The notes under the pieces: generated by a model | What the model saw: only the letters and a program-made list of their open reading frames with translations | Database searches by the model: none | What the model was told of the DNA's origin: nothing | Position numbers and translations under genes: made by a program | Source: Ignisphaera sp. | Lineage (GTDB): Archaea > Thermoproteota > Thermoprotei_A > Sulfolobales > Ignisphaeraceae | NCBI GenBank assembly: GCA_038821645.1 | Contig: JAWBDT010000013.1 | Coordinates: 1-55,611 of the forward strand | Reading direction: 5' to 3' | Length of the DNA stretch: 55,611 nucleotides | Shown: positions 42,153-52,666 of the stretch, one piece after another | Position numbering within the stretch: position 1 is the first letter of the stretch | Layout of the letters: every line of letters starts with the position of its first letter

Positions 42153-43484
42153 TTGGTGTATATACTCTTGAGTTCGAGGAAATTATTTTATGTATGTATA
42201 ATCATAATGCTATTGTTTGTCACTCTAGACATAGCGAGCTGTATTTCTGAAGAAGTGTTTGAAAACACCATCAAGATACGAGATAAAGAGATTGTTTGGA
42301 GTTATCGTAGTAGATCAAATAAAGCTAATGGCTACTCAAGCTCTACACTTGTGGTAAATCCATCAAGTATTGAATACCAAATCGAAACGTTATTGAATCT
42401 GGATATAGATCAGAGAGCTATGTTAAATTTATCATATGTTTTTGTAGGTAGTGAAAGATTATTCTATCAGTTTATTTATACATCTTCTAATCTCTCTATC
42501 TCTATTGACGGTAATATAGTGGTAAATAAGGACTACATAATTGTTCAATGGTTTAGATTAAAAACATGTATTCAGATTAATTCTAGTGACTCGTCTTTTA
42601 GGTATATACAAATAAACAATTACGTAAAGGAGGCTATAGAGAAGCTTAACTTATCTATGATCGAGAGTTTGAATACTTTAATGACGGTATTGAGAACAAA
42701 AAATGAAGTATGTGAATACATAATCATATATGATCTCTATATAGATAAGATCAAGTATATCAATTATTTGAACTTAAATGACAGTACGAATACTTGTTTT
42801 AGCAGAATACCTATGTATACTTGGATTGAAGTTAACGAAGTTGTGAAAGATGGTAAGCATAATACAAGGTATAGGATAGAAAGTATAAATGGTGATGATG
42901 TAGTATCAGCTGGAAACTCTTTGCCTTGCATGGTTCCTGTAATCGGTATAGTTAATGATATCATCAAGAATCTTGAAATACGGACACTATTTGTAGAGCT
43001 TAGCATCATGAATAAATTTGACATCATAAAAAAGATGAAAGAGATGCATAGAGAGTATATCGATAAAGGAATAGAGATTTACACATTAATGAGTCGTTCA
43101 GTTATGGATAGATATAATATAACTAAATCTGTCATAGAGATACAATATCTTTCATATCCCTATGAAACAATAGTAACAACATTAAGTAATATAGATACGA
43201 CTGCTCTCAATAAAGATTATGCACGTACTCTATTAACCGAGATAATCACAATTTACAGAAATGTTTATCATAATAATACAATAGACTGGGTAGATATATT
43301 AGCTACAGCAAAAATAGAACAGATGTATACAGTTACCTTAGATAATAACCACCAAAAATATACCTCAACATCTGTTTCTCCAGAACAAGCATTAGTTTTA
43401 GTGCTTGTAACATTAATATCTGTTGTAGTTCAAGTAATGGTAATACTATTTATAATTTTGAAAATATTTAAAAAGACAACATAA
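42153..43484 (+). CDS. Surface protein with N-terminal signal and C-terminal TM anchor
   Basis: Hydrophobic N- and C-termini, basic tail KIFKKTT, several NxS/T sites. Confidence 0.65.
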   Translation: MVYILLSSRKLFYVCIIIMLLFVTLDIASCISEEVFENTIKIRDKEIVWSYRSRSNKANGYSSSTLVVNPSSIEYQIETLLNLDIDQRAMLNLSYVFVGSERLFYQFIYTSSNLSISIDGNIVVNKDYIIVQWFRLKTCIQINSSDSSFRYIQINNYVKEAIEKLNLSMIESLNTLMTVLRTKNEVCEYIIIYDLYIDKIKYINYLNLNDSTNTCFSRIPMYTWIEVNEVVKDGKHNTRYRIESINGDDVVSAGNSLPCMVPVIGIVNDIIKNLEIRTLFVELSIMNKFDIIKKMKEMHREYIDKGIEIYTLMSRSVMDRYNITKSVIEIQYLSYPYETIVTTLSNIDTTALNKDYARTLLTEIITIYRNVYHNNTIDWVDILATAKIEQMYTVTLDNNHQKYTSTSVSPEQALVLVLVTLISVVVQVMVILFIILKIFKKTT

Positions 43485-43569
43485 AGTCCATCATTTACGC
43501 ATCACCTTATGTCTCTATACTACTCTCTACCTATCTATTGTATTAATCTACATTTTCTCTATATCATAC

Positions 43570-44418
43570 TCAATATACACCTATGCTAATTAGAGCTTCC
43601 ATTCGTTGTCCATTTATGAATCTAGTTTCGACTCCTCTAGATTTCAGTATACTATCTATGTATTCTTTGTTGAGACGCTCTACCGGATTGTATTCTTTGG
43701 ATCCTAAAACGAAGTTACATGCATATCCAAATGATGGAATCCATACTTGGTATTCTAAATAATATCTATATACGTTCTTAATAGAATTAGCTATGGAGTT
43801 ATAAACATCTCTGTAAAAGAATGCTGAACCAGCTTGTGTAACGACTACACCATCACTACTTAAGATTCTATATACATCTCTGTAGAAATTCTCGCTATAG
43901 AGTGGTTTAGCTATATCGCTCGAATATGGATCCGTTAGATCTAGTATAACGACATCGTATATTTCTTTTGTTTCAGAAACAAACTTTAAGCCATCTTCAA
44001 TTATTATCCTAGCTCTTGAATCATAGAAAGCATTTCCATGAAACGAAGGTAGATGCTCTTTCGAAACCTCAATAATATCTTCATCTATATCAACCATAAC
44101 GGCTAATTCTACTGTTTTATGTTTTAGAACTTCACGTAGTGTAGCTCCCTCACCTCCACCAATTATCAATACTTTAGTTGGGTTGGGGTGGAGCACCATA
44201 GCTGGATGAACTAGAGATTCATGGTATATATGTTCATCTGCTTCACTACTTTGGATATATCCATCGAGAATAAGGCTCCGCCCAAAATCTTCCACATCAG
44301 CTACTATTATTTCCTGATATTTGGATCTCTTTACAACATGTACCTGTTTAACTTTTAAACTCATTGTACTTCCTCTTCCTATACCTTGGATAATAACTAG
44401 ACCAAGCAACTTTATCAC
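43570..44418 (-). CDS. speE: Polyamine aminopropyltransferase (spermidine synthase family)
   Basis: SKYQEI, LDG.IQ...DE..YHE, GGGEG, VDID, DLTDP. Confidence 0.92.
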   Translation of the reverse strand: MIKLLGLVIIQGIGRGSTMSLKVKQVHVVKRSKYQEIIVADVEDFGRSLILDGYIQSSEADEHIYHESLVHPAMVLHPNPTKVLIIGGGEGATLREVLKHKTVELAVMVDIDEDIIEVSKEHLPSFHGNAFYDSRARIIIEDGLKFVSETKEIYDVVILDLTDPYSSDIAKPLYSENFYRDVYRILSSDGVVVTQAGSAFFYRDVYNSIANSIKNVYRYYLEYQVWIPSFGYACNFVLGSKEYNPVERLNKEYIDSILKSRGVETRFINGQRMEALISIGVY

Positions 44419-44540
44419 CTTGTGTTAACAGTATTCCGGAAATCACATAATAGTTCTAGATTAATAGTTTTTTTGTTGAACCATTAAGTATAAAAATCTA
44501 GCTAGAGTTAATAGTGTTCAGCTGTAAAATAATTCAATAG

Positions 44541-44589
44541 ATGATGTACATGCTAAATACTGAAAAATGATGAAGGGCCAAAGCGCTGA
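44541..44589 (+). ncRNA. C/D box sRNA, predicted guide for Um34 of spliced tRNA-Gln(UUG)
   Basis: ATGATGT-ACATGCTAAATA-CTGA-AAA-ATGATGA-AGGGCCAAAGCG-CTGA; GGGCCAAAGC complements GCUUUGG|CCC. Confidence 0.88.
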
Positions 44590-44633
44590 TTCTAAATTTT
44601 AATTACTATAAGGGGATCAAGAGTTAGCGATAT

Positions 44634-45308
44634 TCATCGACATTTTTTTATAGCTAAACCTCTTATGAGTTGTGATTCGTATCTACTTAACTCAACTCTT
44701 TTACCATTTATTAACAAGGATATCATCATAGGTGATGTAGATTCTATACATACCTTCTTACTCACCTCGATACCTAGACTGATGATCTTTGCAAGAAGAG
44801 AGCTATCAAATGAACATAAAATACGTGTAATGATTATCTCTGTTCCTTCAACAAACTCTGTTAACGGTAGATCGCTCACGTTTTCTACAACTGAACCTGG
44901 TATAGGGTTTCCATGTGGGCATCGACTTGGTTTTTGCATATATACCCAAAGTCTATCCAATATTTCATCCGGTAGATGTTCAAACATATGTGCATATCTA
45001 TGGGATTCTATAAGATCGAATCCTAAATGGAGATGCAGAAAGGTTTCAGCAATTCTATGTTTCTTAACAGCATCTTCAGCCAATCTTCTACCTTTTTTTG
45101 TTAGCTTAACACCTTCATATGGTATCCATCTGATATAGTCTCCTTCAGCTAATTTCTTCAAAGTTTTAGAAACAGTAGCAGGCGTTACATTAAGCTCTGA
45201 TGCAATATCTTGGGTTTTAGCTACACCATATATTTCCTCAAGTCTGTATACAGCCTTAAGATAATCTTCTAGAGTCTTAGTTTGTATCTTGAAATGTTTC
45301 ATAACCAT
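44634..45308 (-). CDS. DtxR/MntR metal-dependent repressor with FeoA-like C-terminal domain
   Basis: EDYLKAVY, HTH, KHRIAETFL, FEH, CPHGNPIP. Confidence 0.92.
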   Translation of the reverse strand: MVMKHFKIQTKTLEDYLKAVYRLEEIYGVAKTQDIASELNVTPATVSKTLKKLAEGDYIRWIPYEGVKLTKKGRRLAEDAVKKHRIAETFLHLHLGFDLIESHRYAHMFEHLPDEILDRLWVYMQKPSRCPHGNPIPGSVVENVSDLPLTEFVEGTEIIITRILCSFDSSLLAKIISLGIEVSKKVCIESTSPMMISLLINGKRVELSRYESQLIRGLAIKKCR

Positions 45309-45511
45309 ACTCAGCTCCAGTAGAAGTCATAGTGTGAAGCTATATAAACATTGAAACTGTAAATGATGATAATGAGGTATCTTTAACTATTGACAAGGGT
45401 ATATTCGTAGTACTCTTATGTTTATGTATCTCAGTTCTTAATAACTACTCTGTAGGATAAAGCAAAATGTTGAAGTATCAAGGTTACTAAAATTAAGCAA
45501 AGGTTATAGTT

Positions 45512-45877
45512 ATGGGCATCTCTATTCATGTACATGAGAAGATTAAAGCTGTACCAAGACTCATAAGCAGTATAGTGGGTAGTGGGTTAAGGAGTAGCTT
45601 AGACATAGATAAAGACTCTACATCCTTAAAAGAACTTAGCGAAGCAGTAAAAGATATAGCCGGAGTACTTATGAACATTGTTGTTATTGGTAAAGAGAAG
45701 AGAAAAATATGTAGATATTTTGATCCTGTGAAAGGCATATGCAATTTCTTGAAGTTAGACAACAACATTCCTACACTAACAACTATACCCGATGGAAACA
45801 TATTAAAAATACTTGTTTCATCTCATCCCGAAATCTGTGCTGTATGTCCTTATTGGTCTACTGAAAAAGTAATATGA
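45512..45877 (+). CDS. Hypothetical Cys-containing protein
   Basis: CRYFD...C...HPEICAVCPYW. Confidence 0.65.
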   Translation: MGISIHVHEKIKAVPRLISSIVGSGLRSSLDIDKDSTSLKELSEAVKDIAGVLMNIVVIGKEKRKICRYFDPVKGICNFLKLDNNIPTLTTIPDGNILKILVSSHPEICAVCPYWSTEKVI

Positions 45878-45957
45878 TTATTAAAAGTGTTTCTTGTGTT
45901 AACATTTAGCAATGTTTTTATCTATATAAACAATTTTATAAGGTATAGGTGTAGATT

Positions 45958-46638
45958 ATGTTGATTGTGGCTCTAGATCCACCTCTAAATGTTGATGCAG
46001 AGAAATGGGTTACACAGAGATATGAAGCATTAAGGGATATAGTGAAGGGATTCAAGATAGGATTACCAGCTATAGTTAAACACGGTACTAATTGGTTAAG
46101 TAAACTATTTGGAGTTTATGATGGTTTAGCGATAGCAGATCTTAAGCTAGCTGATATAGGAGATGTAATGGCTTTAACAGCAGCAATACTAAGGAATGTA
46201 GGTTTCAATGCTATTATTGCTCACGCATTCGTAGGGTACGAGAAAGGTATAGATGTACTTGCTAAAATATGTGAAAAAGAGGGTATTAAGTTGATACTAG
46301 TTGTGTCTATGTCTCACGAAGGTTCTAAAGAATTCATAGACAGACATATAGATGAATTCATAGATATAGCAGAACGTGTTGGTAGTTGGGGTGTTGTAGC
46401 ACCAGCTACACGACCTAATGTAATACAATTCATTAGGTCAAAAGTTGGATCGAAGATAAAGATAGTTTCACCTGGAGTAGGAGTGCAGGGAGCAGAGCCT
46501 GGGACAGCTCTCTGTGCTGGTGCTGACTATGAGATAGTTGGTAGAGCTATTACGTATTCAGATTTAGGGAAAGTGAGAGAGATAGCATATGCTTTATTAG
46601 AGTCTCAGAAGAAGAGGCTATCTTTATGTCGTGGCTAG
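45958..46638 (+). CDS. pyrF: Orotidine-5'-phosphate decarboxylase
   Basis: VALD, DLKLADIG, SPGVG.QG, IVGRAI. Confidence 0.95.
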   Translation: MLIVALDPPLNVDAEKWVTQRYEALRDIVKGFKIGLPAIVKHGTNWLSKLFGVYDGLAIADLKLADIGDVMALTAAILRNVGFNAIIAHAFVGYEKGIDVLAKICEKEGIKLILVVSMSHEGSKEFIDRHIDEFIDIAERVGSWGVVAPATRPNVIQFIRSKVGSKIKIVSPGVGVQGAEPGTALCAGADYEIVGRAITYSDLGKVREIAYALLESQKKRLSLCRG

Positions 46639-47222
46639 CTTTAGAGCTATTTAGAAAAGGTATGATAAAGATAGGTAAATATAGACTTACTTCGGGTCTA
46701 GAAAGTCCATTCTATATAGATTTGAGACAACTCTACAGCTATCCTGATATTATTGAAAAACTCGTAACAGAATTATGTTCTGCTTGGGATTTAAGTAGCT
46801 ATGATGTTATTGTTGGTATAGCTACCTCAGGTCTAGTGTTAGCGTCATTCATAGCATGTAGGCTTAAGAAACCTCTATCTTATGTTAGGATAGACAGAAA
46901 GATCCACGGTACACAGTCTATTGTTGAAGGTGTTGTAGAATCAAAAAACTGTTTAATAGTAGATGATGTAGCAACTACTGGAGGATCTATAGAACATGCA
47001 TATAACGCCATAAAGGAGGTTAGGGGTATGCCAACAGCAGCATTAGTGGTTGTAGATAGAGAACAAGGAGCAAGAAAGAAGATAGAGTCACTCGGTATGA
47101 AATTCTATAGCTATATTAATGTATCAAACATCTTCAAGTATCTTTATGAAAAAGGATTAATCGATACAAGAACCTATGACGAAGTTATTAACTATATTAA
47201 GCGTTTTAGTCAAGATCTATAG
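46626..47222 (+). CDS. pyrE: Orotate phosphoribosyltransferase
   Basis: LTSG.ESPFYID, RK.HG, IVDDVATTGGS, VDREQG. Confidence 0.95.
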   Translation: MSWLALELFRKGMIKIGKYRLTSGLESPFYIDLRQLYSYPDIIEKLVTELCSAWDLSSYDVIVGIATSGLVLASFIACRLKKPLSYVRIDRKIHGTQSIVEGVVESKNCLIVDDVATTGGSIEHAYNAIKEVRGMPTAALVVVDREQGARKKIESLGMKFYSYINVSNIFKYLYEKGLIDTRTYDEVINYIKRFSQDL

Positions 47223-47254
47223 ACAGTGCCCAAAGAGTTCATCATTGTAGACAG
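47223..47254 (-). ncRNA. Possible C/D-like sRNA half antisense to pyr operon
   Basis: ATGATGA-ACTCTTTGGGCA-CTGT; guide matches 23S 24672-80; D box non-canonical. Confidence 0.35.
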
Positions 47255-47301
47255 AAATGTTTTATAGTTTACAGATAGTAGCATTAGATTTGGGCATAAA
47301 G

Positions 47302-48231
47302 ATGATCACATCATTTAAAAATAGAGATGTGGTATCAATACTGGACTTCACTAGGGAAGAACTCGAGACATTGTTTGAGTATGCAGATAAATTCCGCAAA
47401 GTTGAGGGAAAACTGAATCTACTAAACGGAAAGGTGGTTTCTCTCGCTTTTTTTGAACCATCTACTCGTACAAGGCTCAGTTTTGAAGTAGCAGCAAAAC
47501 GTCTAGGTGCAGATGTTGTATCAATCATAGGTGAGGAAGCCTCCAGTATAGCTAAAGGCGAAAACTTGGCAGACACAATACGTATGCTTGATGCATATTC
47601 CAATATTATAATTCTAAGACATAGATATGAAGGAGCAGCAAAATATGCTGCAGAAATAGCCGAAAACCCTGTTATCAATGCTGGCGATGGTATTCAACAT
47701 CATCCAACACAAGCTATGATCGATCTATATACAGTAAAGACACTCTTCGGATCAATCGATGGATTAGTGTATGTTGTTTTAGGGGATCTTAGATATGGAA
47801 GAGCAGCAATGTCATTCATATATGGTCTTTCTCTATATAAGCCCAAGAAGTTGTATGTAGTTGCTCCTCAACTATTACGTATACGTAACGAAGTTCTACA
47901 AATACTGAAAGAAAGAGGTCTACCTATCGAAGAGAAAAATGATGTGAGAGAAATAATCAGTGAAGCAGATGTTCTATATGTTACACGTATCCAGAGAGAA
48001 AGGTTTCCAGATCCTATGGAGTACGAAAAAGTTAGAGGTTCGTATATTGTTACACTAGATCTTCTAGAGAAAGGTAAGTCTACATTAAAAGTTCTACACC
48101 CTCTACCAAAAGTAGATGAAATAGACCATAAAGTTGATACATCAAGATATACAGCCTACTATCTTCAAGCTAGATTAGGTGTACCAGTAAGAATGTCTTT
48201 ATTATCCCTAGTTTCTGGTGTAGAGATATGA
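47302..48231 (+). CDS. pyrB: Aspartate carbamoyltransferase catalytic subunit
   Basis: [24 protein letters not shown]. Confidence 0.96.
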   Translation: MITSFKNRDVVSILDFTREELETLFEYADKFRKVEGKLNLLNGKVVSLAFFEPSTRTRLSFEVAAKRLGADVVSIIGEEASSIAKGENLADTIRMLDAYSNIIILRHRYEGAAKYAAEIAENPVINAGDGIQHHPTQAMIDLYTVKTLFGSIDGLVYVVLGDLRYGRAAMSFIYGLSLYKPKKLYVVAPQLLRIRNEVLQILKERGLPIEEKNDVREIISEADVLYVTRIQRERFPDPMEYEKVRGSYIVTLDLLEKGKSTLKVLHPLPKVDEIDHKVDTSRYTAYYLQARLGVPVRMSLLSLVSGVEI

Positions 48232-48710
48232 GTTCAGAAAACATACACACGTTGGTGGTTCCAAAAATACTGAATGGAACTGTCATCGATCATATACCAG
48301 CAGGTAGAGCTCTAGACATACTAAAGGTATTGAATATAACTGGAGGAGAAGGCTGGAGAATAGCGGTACTATTGAATGTTGAGAGCAAGAAGTTAGGTAG
48401 AAAAGATATAATAAAAATAGAGCGTAGAAAATTAACTTCAGCAGAAGTAAACGTCATAGCACTCATAGCTCCTACAGCAACTATAAACATTATCGAGAAT
48501 TTTGTTGTAGTCGAGAAGTTTAAGGTAAATGTGCCAGAGGTTATAGAGGGTGTAATTAGATGTCCGAATCCTACATGTATATCGAATAAAGAACGAGAAC
48601 CAGTAAAGTCTAGGTTTAGAACATTATCAAAGGATCAGCTTATATTTCGTTGCGAATATTGTTCAACCATTGTAACTAGAGATGATATACTAAAGCTTAT
48701 CATAAGATGA
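48228..48710 (+). CDS. pyrI: Aspartate carbamoyltransferase regulatory subunit
   Basis: [29 protein letters not shown]. Confidence 0.96.
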   Translation: MSSENIHTLVVPKILNGTVIDHIPAGRALDILKVLNITGGEGWRIAVLLNVESKKLGRKDIIKIERRKLTSAEVNVIALIAPTATINIIENFVVVEKFKVNVPEVIEGVIRCPNPTCISNKEREPVKSRFRTLSKDQLIFRCEYCSTIVTRDDILKLIIR

Positions 48711-49495
48711 ATGTTATGTCTATTAAACCTGCCAAAATATTAAGAATAGATAGAATAGCTGAAAATACGTATCTCTTAGCTGTAGAATTATTTACGCATA
48801 TGGACAATATTTCTCCGTTCAATTTTTTTATGGTTTGGGTACCTCGCGTAGATGAAATACCCTTAAGTGTAGCATTTTTGAATAACAACATTATATATTT
48901 TCTATTCAAAGTTAAAGGTCTAGGTACAGAAACACTCTCTAAAATGTGTAAAGGTGAGATAGTAGGTTTAAAGGGGCCTCTAGGTAGAGGTTTTATCGTT
49001 GAAGACTATACGAAAAGTGTACTAGTGATAGCTGGAGGTATAGGTATAGCTCCCATCCCTTTCTTCATATATAGGTCAAAATACAAGAAGCTCGATGTTG
49101 TATGGGGAGTTAAACGAAGAGAAGAACTTTTTGATTTAAATATATTTAATCAAGATATTGGAGATAGGTATAGATTATTTATGGCAACAGAAGACTGTAG
49201 CTATGGTTTTTGTGGAACAGCTTTAGAGAGGCTAAAGAATATTCCACTAGAAGATTATGACATCATATTAGCAGTAGGACCACAACCTATGTTGAAAGGT
49301 GTATGCGAATACATAAGAAACACTAACCTAGAAGCATATGTAGCTCTTGAAACAATGGTTAAATGCGGCATAGGTCTATGTGGTAGTTGCTTCATTAGAT
49401 CATCAAACAAGCTTCTCTGTATAGATGGACCAGTATTTAGATGTGATGAGGTGATACAGCATCTTGGAAAGACTAATAATAGCAAAAACATATGA
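48707..49495 (+). CDS. pyrK: Dihydroorotate dehydrogenase electron transfer subunit
   Basis: GPLGRGF, AGGIGIAP, KCGIGLCGSC...C.DGPVF. Confidence 0.92.
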   Translation: MNVMSIKPAKILRIDRIAENTYLLAVELFTHMDNISPFNFFMVWVPRVDEIPLSVAFLNNNIIYFLFKVKGLGTETLSKMCKGEIVGLKGPLGRGFIVEDYTKSVLVIAGGIGIAPIPFFIYRSKYKKLDVVWGVKRREELFDLNIFNQDIGDRYRLFMATEDCSYGFCGTALERLKNIPLEDYDIILAVGPQPMLKGVCEYIRNTNLEAYVALETMVKCGIGLCGSCFIRSSNKLLCIDGPVFRCDEVIQHLGKTNNSKNI

Positions 49496-50735
49496 AGATG
49501 GTTATTTGAAAGAGATAATGGTGTTAGTTAATAAAGGTATTGTTGAAAGAAGATTTAACTATATCGACAAGAATCTATGTAGAGATTATGAATGTATAGA
49601 TCTTCGTGCTAAAGGCATACTTCTCCCAGGGTTCATAGATATCCACGTACATTTACGTGGACTTAAACTTAGTTATAAAGAAGATGAAGAAAGCGGTACG
49701 AAGGCTGCTTCTAGAGGTGGTTTTACAGCTGTTGTAGATATGCCTAACACTTTACCACGAATAGATAACAAACAAGCTCTTCAAGAAAAAATAGAAGCAC
49801 TTAAGCTAAAGAGTAGAGTTGATTTTGGAATCTATGTATCTCCAGCAAAAGACTATAGGGAAATGTATGACATGTTGTATGAAGAAGGTGTTGTAGGTGT
49901 AAAATTCTTTCCCCAAGATCTTCACCTATTCCCCAAGATCCTCAATATTACTAGTTCCAGAGATCTAAATAGAATAGTGATTGTTCATGCAGAACATCCA
50001 TATATGGTGAATGATTGTGAAGCTGGTTCTAGATGGATGTGTAGACCTATTGAAAGCGAGCTTTCAGCTCTAGATATTGTTCACATGCATGTTAAAGAAA
50101 ATATGAAGATCCATATCACACATATAACAAATGTTCTAACACTATCTTTAGCAAAAAGATATAAATTCACTACAGATACTTGTCCACACTATCTCTACTT
50201 AGATTCTTCTCACGAGAAGGAAATGGGCTGTATAGCTAAAGTAAATCCTCCTCTTAGAACTCCTTCAACAAGATACTCATTATTGAAACTACTGAAAGCA
50301 TTTGATGCAGTTTCCTCTGATCATGCGCCTCACAGTTTCGATGAGAAACTTCTTGATTTCTCGATGTGTCCATCAGGTATAGCTTCTCTAGAATTGACTG
50401 CTTCCTTAATCCTAAACTTAGTAAATTTAGGTGCTATAGATCTAGATGACGCTGTAAAGCTCTTATCTCGAGGTCCCTCCAAAATACTTGGACTCAAGAG
50501 ATGGGGATGTACGTATATTGGTTGTATAGCTAGTTATACTGTAGTGGATATGAATAAAGAATTTCGTGTTGATCCTGAAACATTTTATTCGAAATCTAGA
50601 TTTTCGCCCTACAAAAAGAATGTATTAAAGGGTGTAGCTACAGCAACTATAGTCAGAGGCGGTATTGTTTATATCGATGAAGGATATGAAGAGAAAATCG
50701 AACCTGAACCTTTAACAAAGTTTATGGTGAATTAA
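49464..50735 (+). CDS. pyrC: Dihydroorotase
   Basis: DIHVHLR, DMPNT, CPHYL, KVNPPLR, SDHAPH. Confidence 0.93.
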   Translation: MERLIIAKTYEDGYLKEIMVLVNKGIVERRFNYIDKNLCRDYECIDLRAKGILLPGFIDIHVHLRGLKLSYKEDEESGTKAASRGGFTAVVDMPNTLPRIDNKQALQEKIEALKLKSRVDFGIYVSPAKDYREMYDMLYEEGVVGVKFFPQDLHLFPKILNITSSRDLNRIVIVHAEHPYMVNDCEAGSRWMCRPIESELSALDIVHMHVKENMKIHITHITNVLTLSLAKRYKFTTDTCPHYLYLDSSHEKEMGCIAKVNPPLRTPSTRYSLLKLLKAFDAVSSDHAPHSFDEKLLDFSMCPSGIASLELTASLILNLVNLGAIDLDDAVKLLSRGPSKILGLKRWGCTYIGCIASYTVVDMNKEFRVDPETFYSKSRFSPYKKNVLKGVATATIVRGGIVYIDEGYEEKIEPEPLTKFMVN

Positions 50736-50737
50736 TT

Positions 50738-51643
50738 GTGCTGGAAACAGTTGTAGCCACAATAAGTCTTAGACATCCTGTAATGAATGCTAGTGGTATA
50801 CTTGGAACACATAGAGAACATATATCAAGACTTGTAAGTTATGGATTAGCTGCTGTAGTTACAAAGACCATAACCCCAGAACCTAGGGAAGGTTATAATC
50901 CACCAATAATAGTTGAGCTACCTACGGGTGGATTAATTAATGCTGTAGGTCTAGAGAATCCTGGCAAAAATATTATTAAAGAGCTTGTAGAGGAAGCTAA
51001 AAAATATAGCATACCTATTATAGTTAGTATTGGTGGTAGAAATGAAGATGAATTCATTGAGGTTGCTGTAGAAGCAGATATGAATAAAGCTGATGCTGTA
51101 GAGCTTAACTTAAGTTGTCCTCATACCAAAGGATATGGCGTCGAGATAGGGGTAGATCCTAAAAATGTGTACTCAGTAGTTAAAGCAGTTGTTTCAACAA
51201 TAAAGATACCTGTTGTAGCTAAACTAGGGTTAAGCGATAGAGTAGTTGAATCAGCAGAAAAAGCATTAGAGGCAGGAGCCAAAGGTTTAACGCTCATAAA
51301 CACAATAAAGGCTATATATATAGATGTATATTCTTTAAAGCCTGTATTAACGAATATCTATGGAGGTCTTTCTGGTACCCCAATACATCCTATAGCTGTC
51401 AGAATTGTCTATGATGTGTATAAAGAAACTAAAGCCGATATAATAGGATGTGGAGGGGTAGTAAACTGGCAAACAGCAGCAGAAATGATTCTAGCTGGAG
51501 CAAAAGCTATTCAAGTAGGAACAGCATTAATGCGTGATCCAAAGAGAATTGTAGAAGATATAGTTAAAGGATTGAGTGAATGGCTAGAAACAATAGGAAT
51601 AAAAGAAATTTCACAAGCAGTTGGTCTCGCTCATAAGGTGTAA
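50738..51643 (+). CDS. pyrD: Dihydroorotate dehydrogenase family 1B catalytic subunit
   Basis: NASG, NAVGL.NPG, ELNLSCPH, GGLSG. Confidence 0.95.
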   Translation: MLETVVATISLRHPVMNASGILGTHREHISRLVSYGLAAVVTKTITPEPREGYNPPIIVELPTGGLINAVGLENPGKNIIKELVEEAKKYSIPIIVSIGGRNEDEFIEVAVEADMNKADAVELNLSCPHTKGYGVEIGVDPKNVYSVVKAVVSTIKIPVVAKLGLSDRVVESAEKALEAGAKGLTLINTIKAIYIDVYSLKPVLTNIYGGLSGTPIHPIAVRIVYDVYKETKADIIGCGGVVNWQTAAEMILAGAKAIQVGTALMRDPKRIVEDIVKGLSEWLETIGIKEISQAVGLAHKV

Positions 51644-51647
51644 AGAT

Positions 51648-52481
51648 GTGTCTATACTCGTTATAGCAACATTAAACACGAGTTTAGCGATGGAGATAAA
51701 TCGATACATTAAAGAGTTGAGTAATAAATATTCATATATAGTGACATATGTATGGGAATACTTGCCTCAACACTCTCTAGAGATACAATATTTCCATAAA
51801 CCATTGGCTAAACTCGAGAAAGACTTTGAACAAATAGTAAAACTAAAGGAATTGATAGTATTTGTGAACACTATTTGCATAGATTCTGTAAGACAACAAT
51901 TAATGAATTACATAGACAGTAAAGTGGATAACGTTGTACTAATTGATTATTGTCTCAATCATGTTTCTTGTTATAAGAATCTACTATCGCTACCTCCGTA
52001 TATTACTATCGTAAAAACATTCATAGACCGTATAACCACAATTTTTTCAAATATCGACGAAATATTGATACGTATAAAGATATGCAGAGAATGCTTGAAG
52101 ACTCTTTCTATTCTACATAATATCGATACTATCAAGACTATAGATCTGTTCCAAGAACTAATAAGACAAGTTATTAAAAATCATTACAGAATAGAAATTT
52201 CAATTAATACGATTACAGAATTTCTTTTAACTGCAAGAGGGATAGTGAAGGGGTACAGAGAAGAGAGAACATATATGTATAGAGTTGAGATATCTGAAGA
52301 ACATACGAATAAAAGCTACATGCTACAACTTTTAGCAATCCTATTGTTAATAACCGATGGATATAATAAAGCTATGAGAAACATCTGCATCTCAGACATT
52401 GGTCTAGATGAAGGACTTTACTCAATCTTCTTTGCATATCTTGTTAAACATGGTGCAAACATCTCTGTGAATATACTCTAG
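51648..52481 (+). CDS. Hypothetical protein at end of pyr operon
   Basis: Long ORF; AGGTG SD before GTG 51648. Confidence 0.55.
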   Translation: MSILVIATLNTSLAMEINRYIKELSNKYSYIVTYVWEYLPQHSLEIQYFHKPLAKLEKDFEQIVKLKELIVFVNTICIDSVRQQLMNYIDSKVDNVVLIDYCLNHVSCYKNLLSLPPYITIVKTFIDRITTIFSNIDEILIRIKICRECLKTLSILHNIDTIKTIDLFQELIRQVIKNHYRIEISINTITEFLLTARGIVKGYREERTYMYRVEISEEHTNKSYMLQLLAILLLITDGYNKAMRNICISDIGLDEGLYSIFFAYLVKHGANISVNIL

Positions 52482-52666
52482 ATAATGTTATATTAATGAT
52501 GTAGTGACACAATACTTTTAATTGCTAAATACTAGCTAAAGATGTTTCACAATATATAGTGTTGTTTCAAAATCCTATAGAATTACTTCTATTGAGGCAA
52601 TTTTAATTTATTTACCAGCTATAGACATATTTACCAATACAAGGATAAATAGTTTGGGATAACGAT

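Noticed and set aside
45363-45400. ATGATGA upstream of dtxR as a C/D sRNA
   Set aside because: No correctly spaced D'/C'/D boxes and no target found
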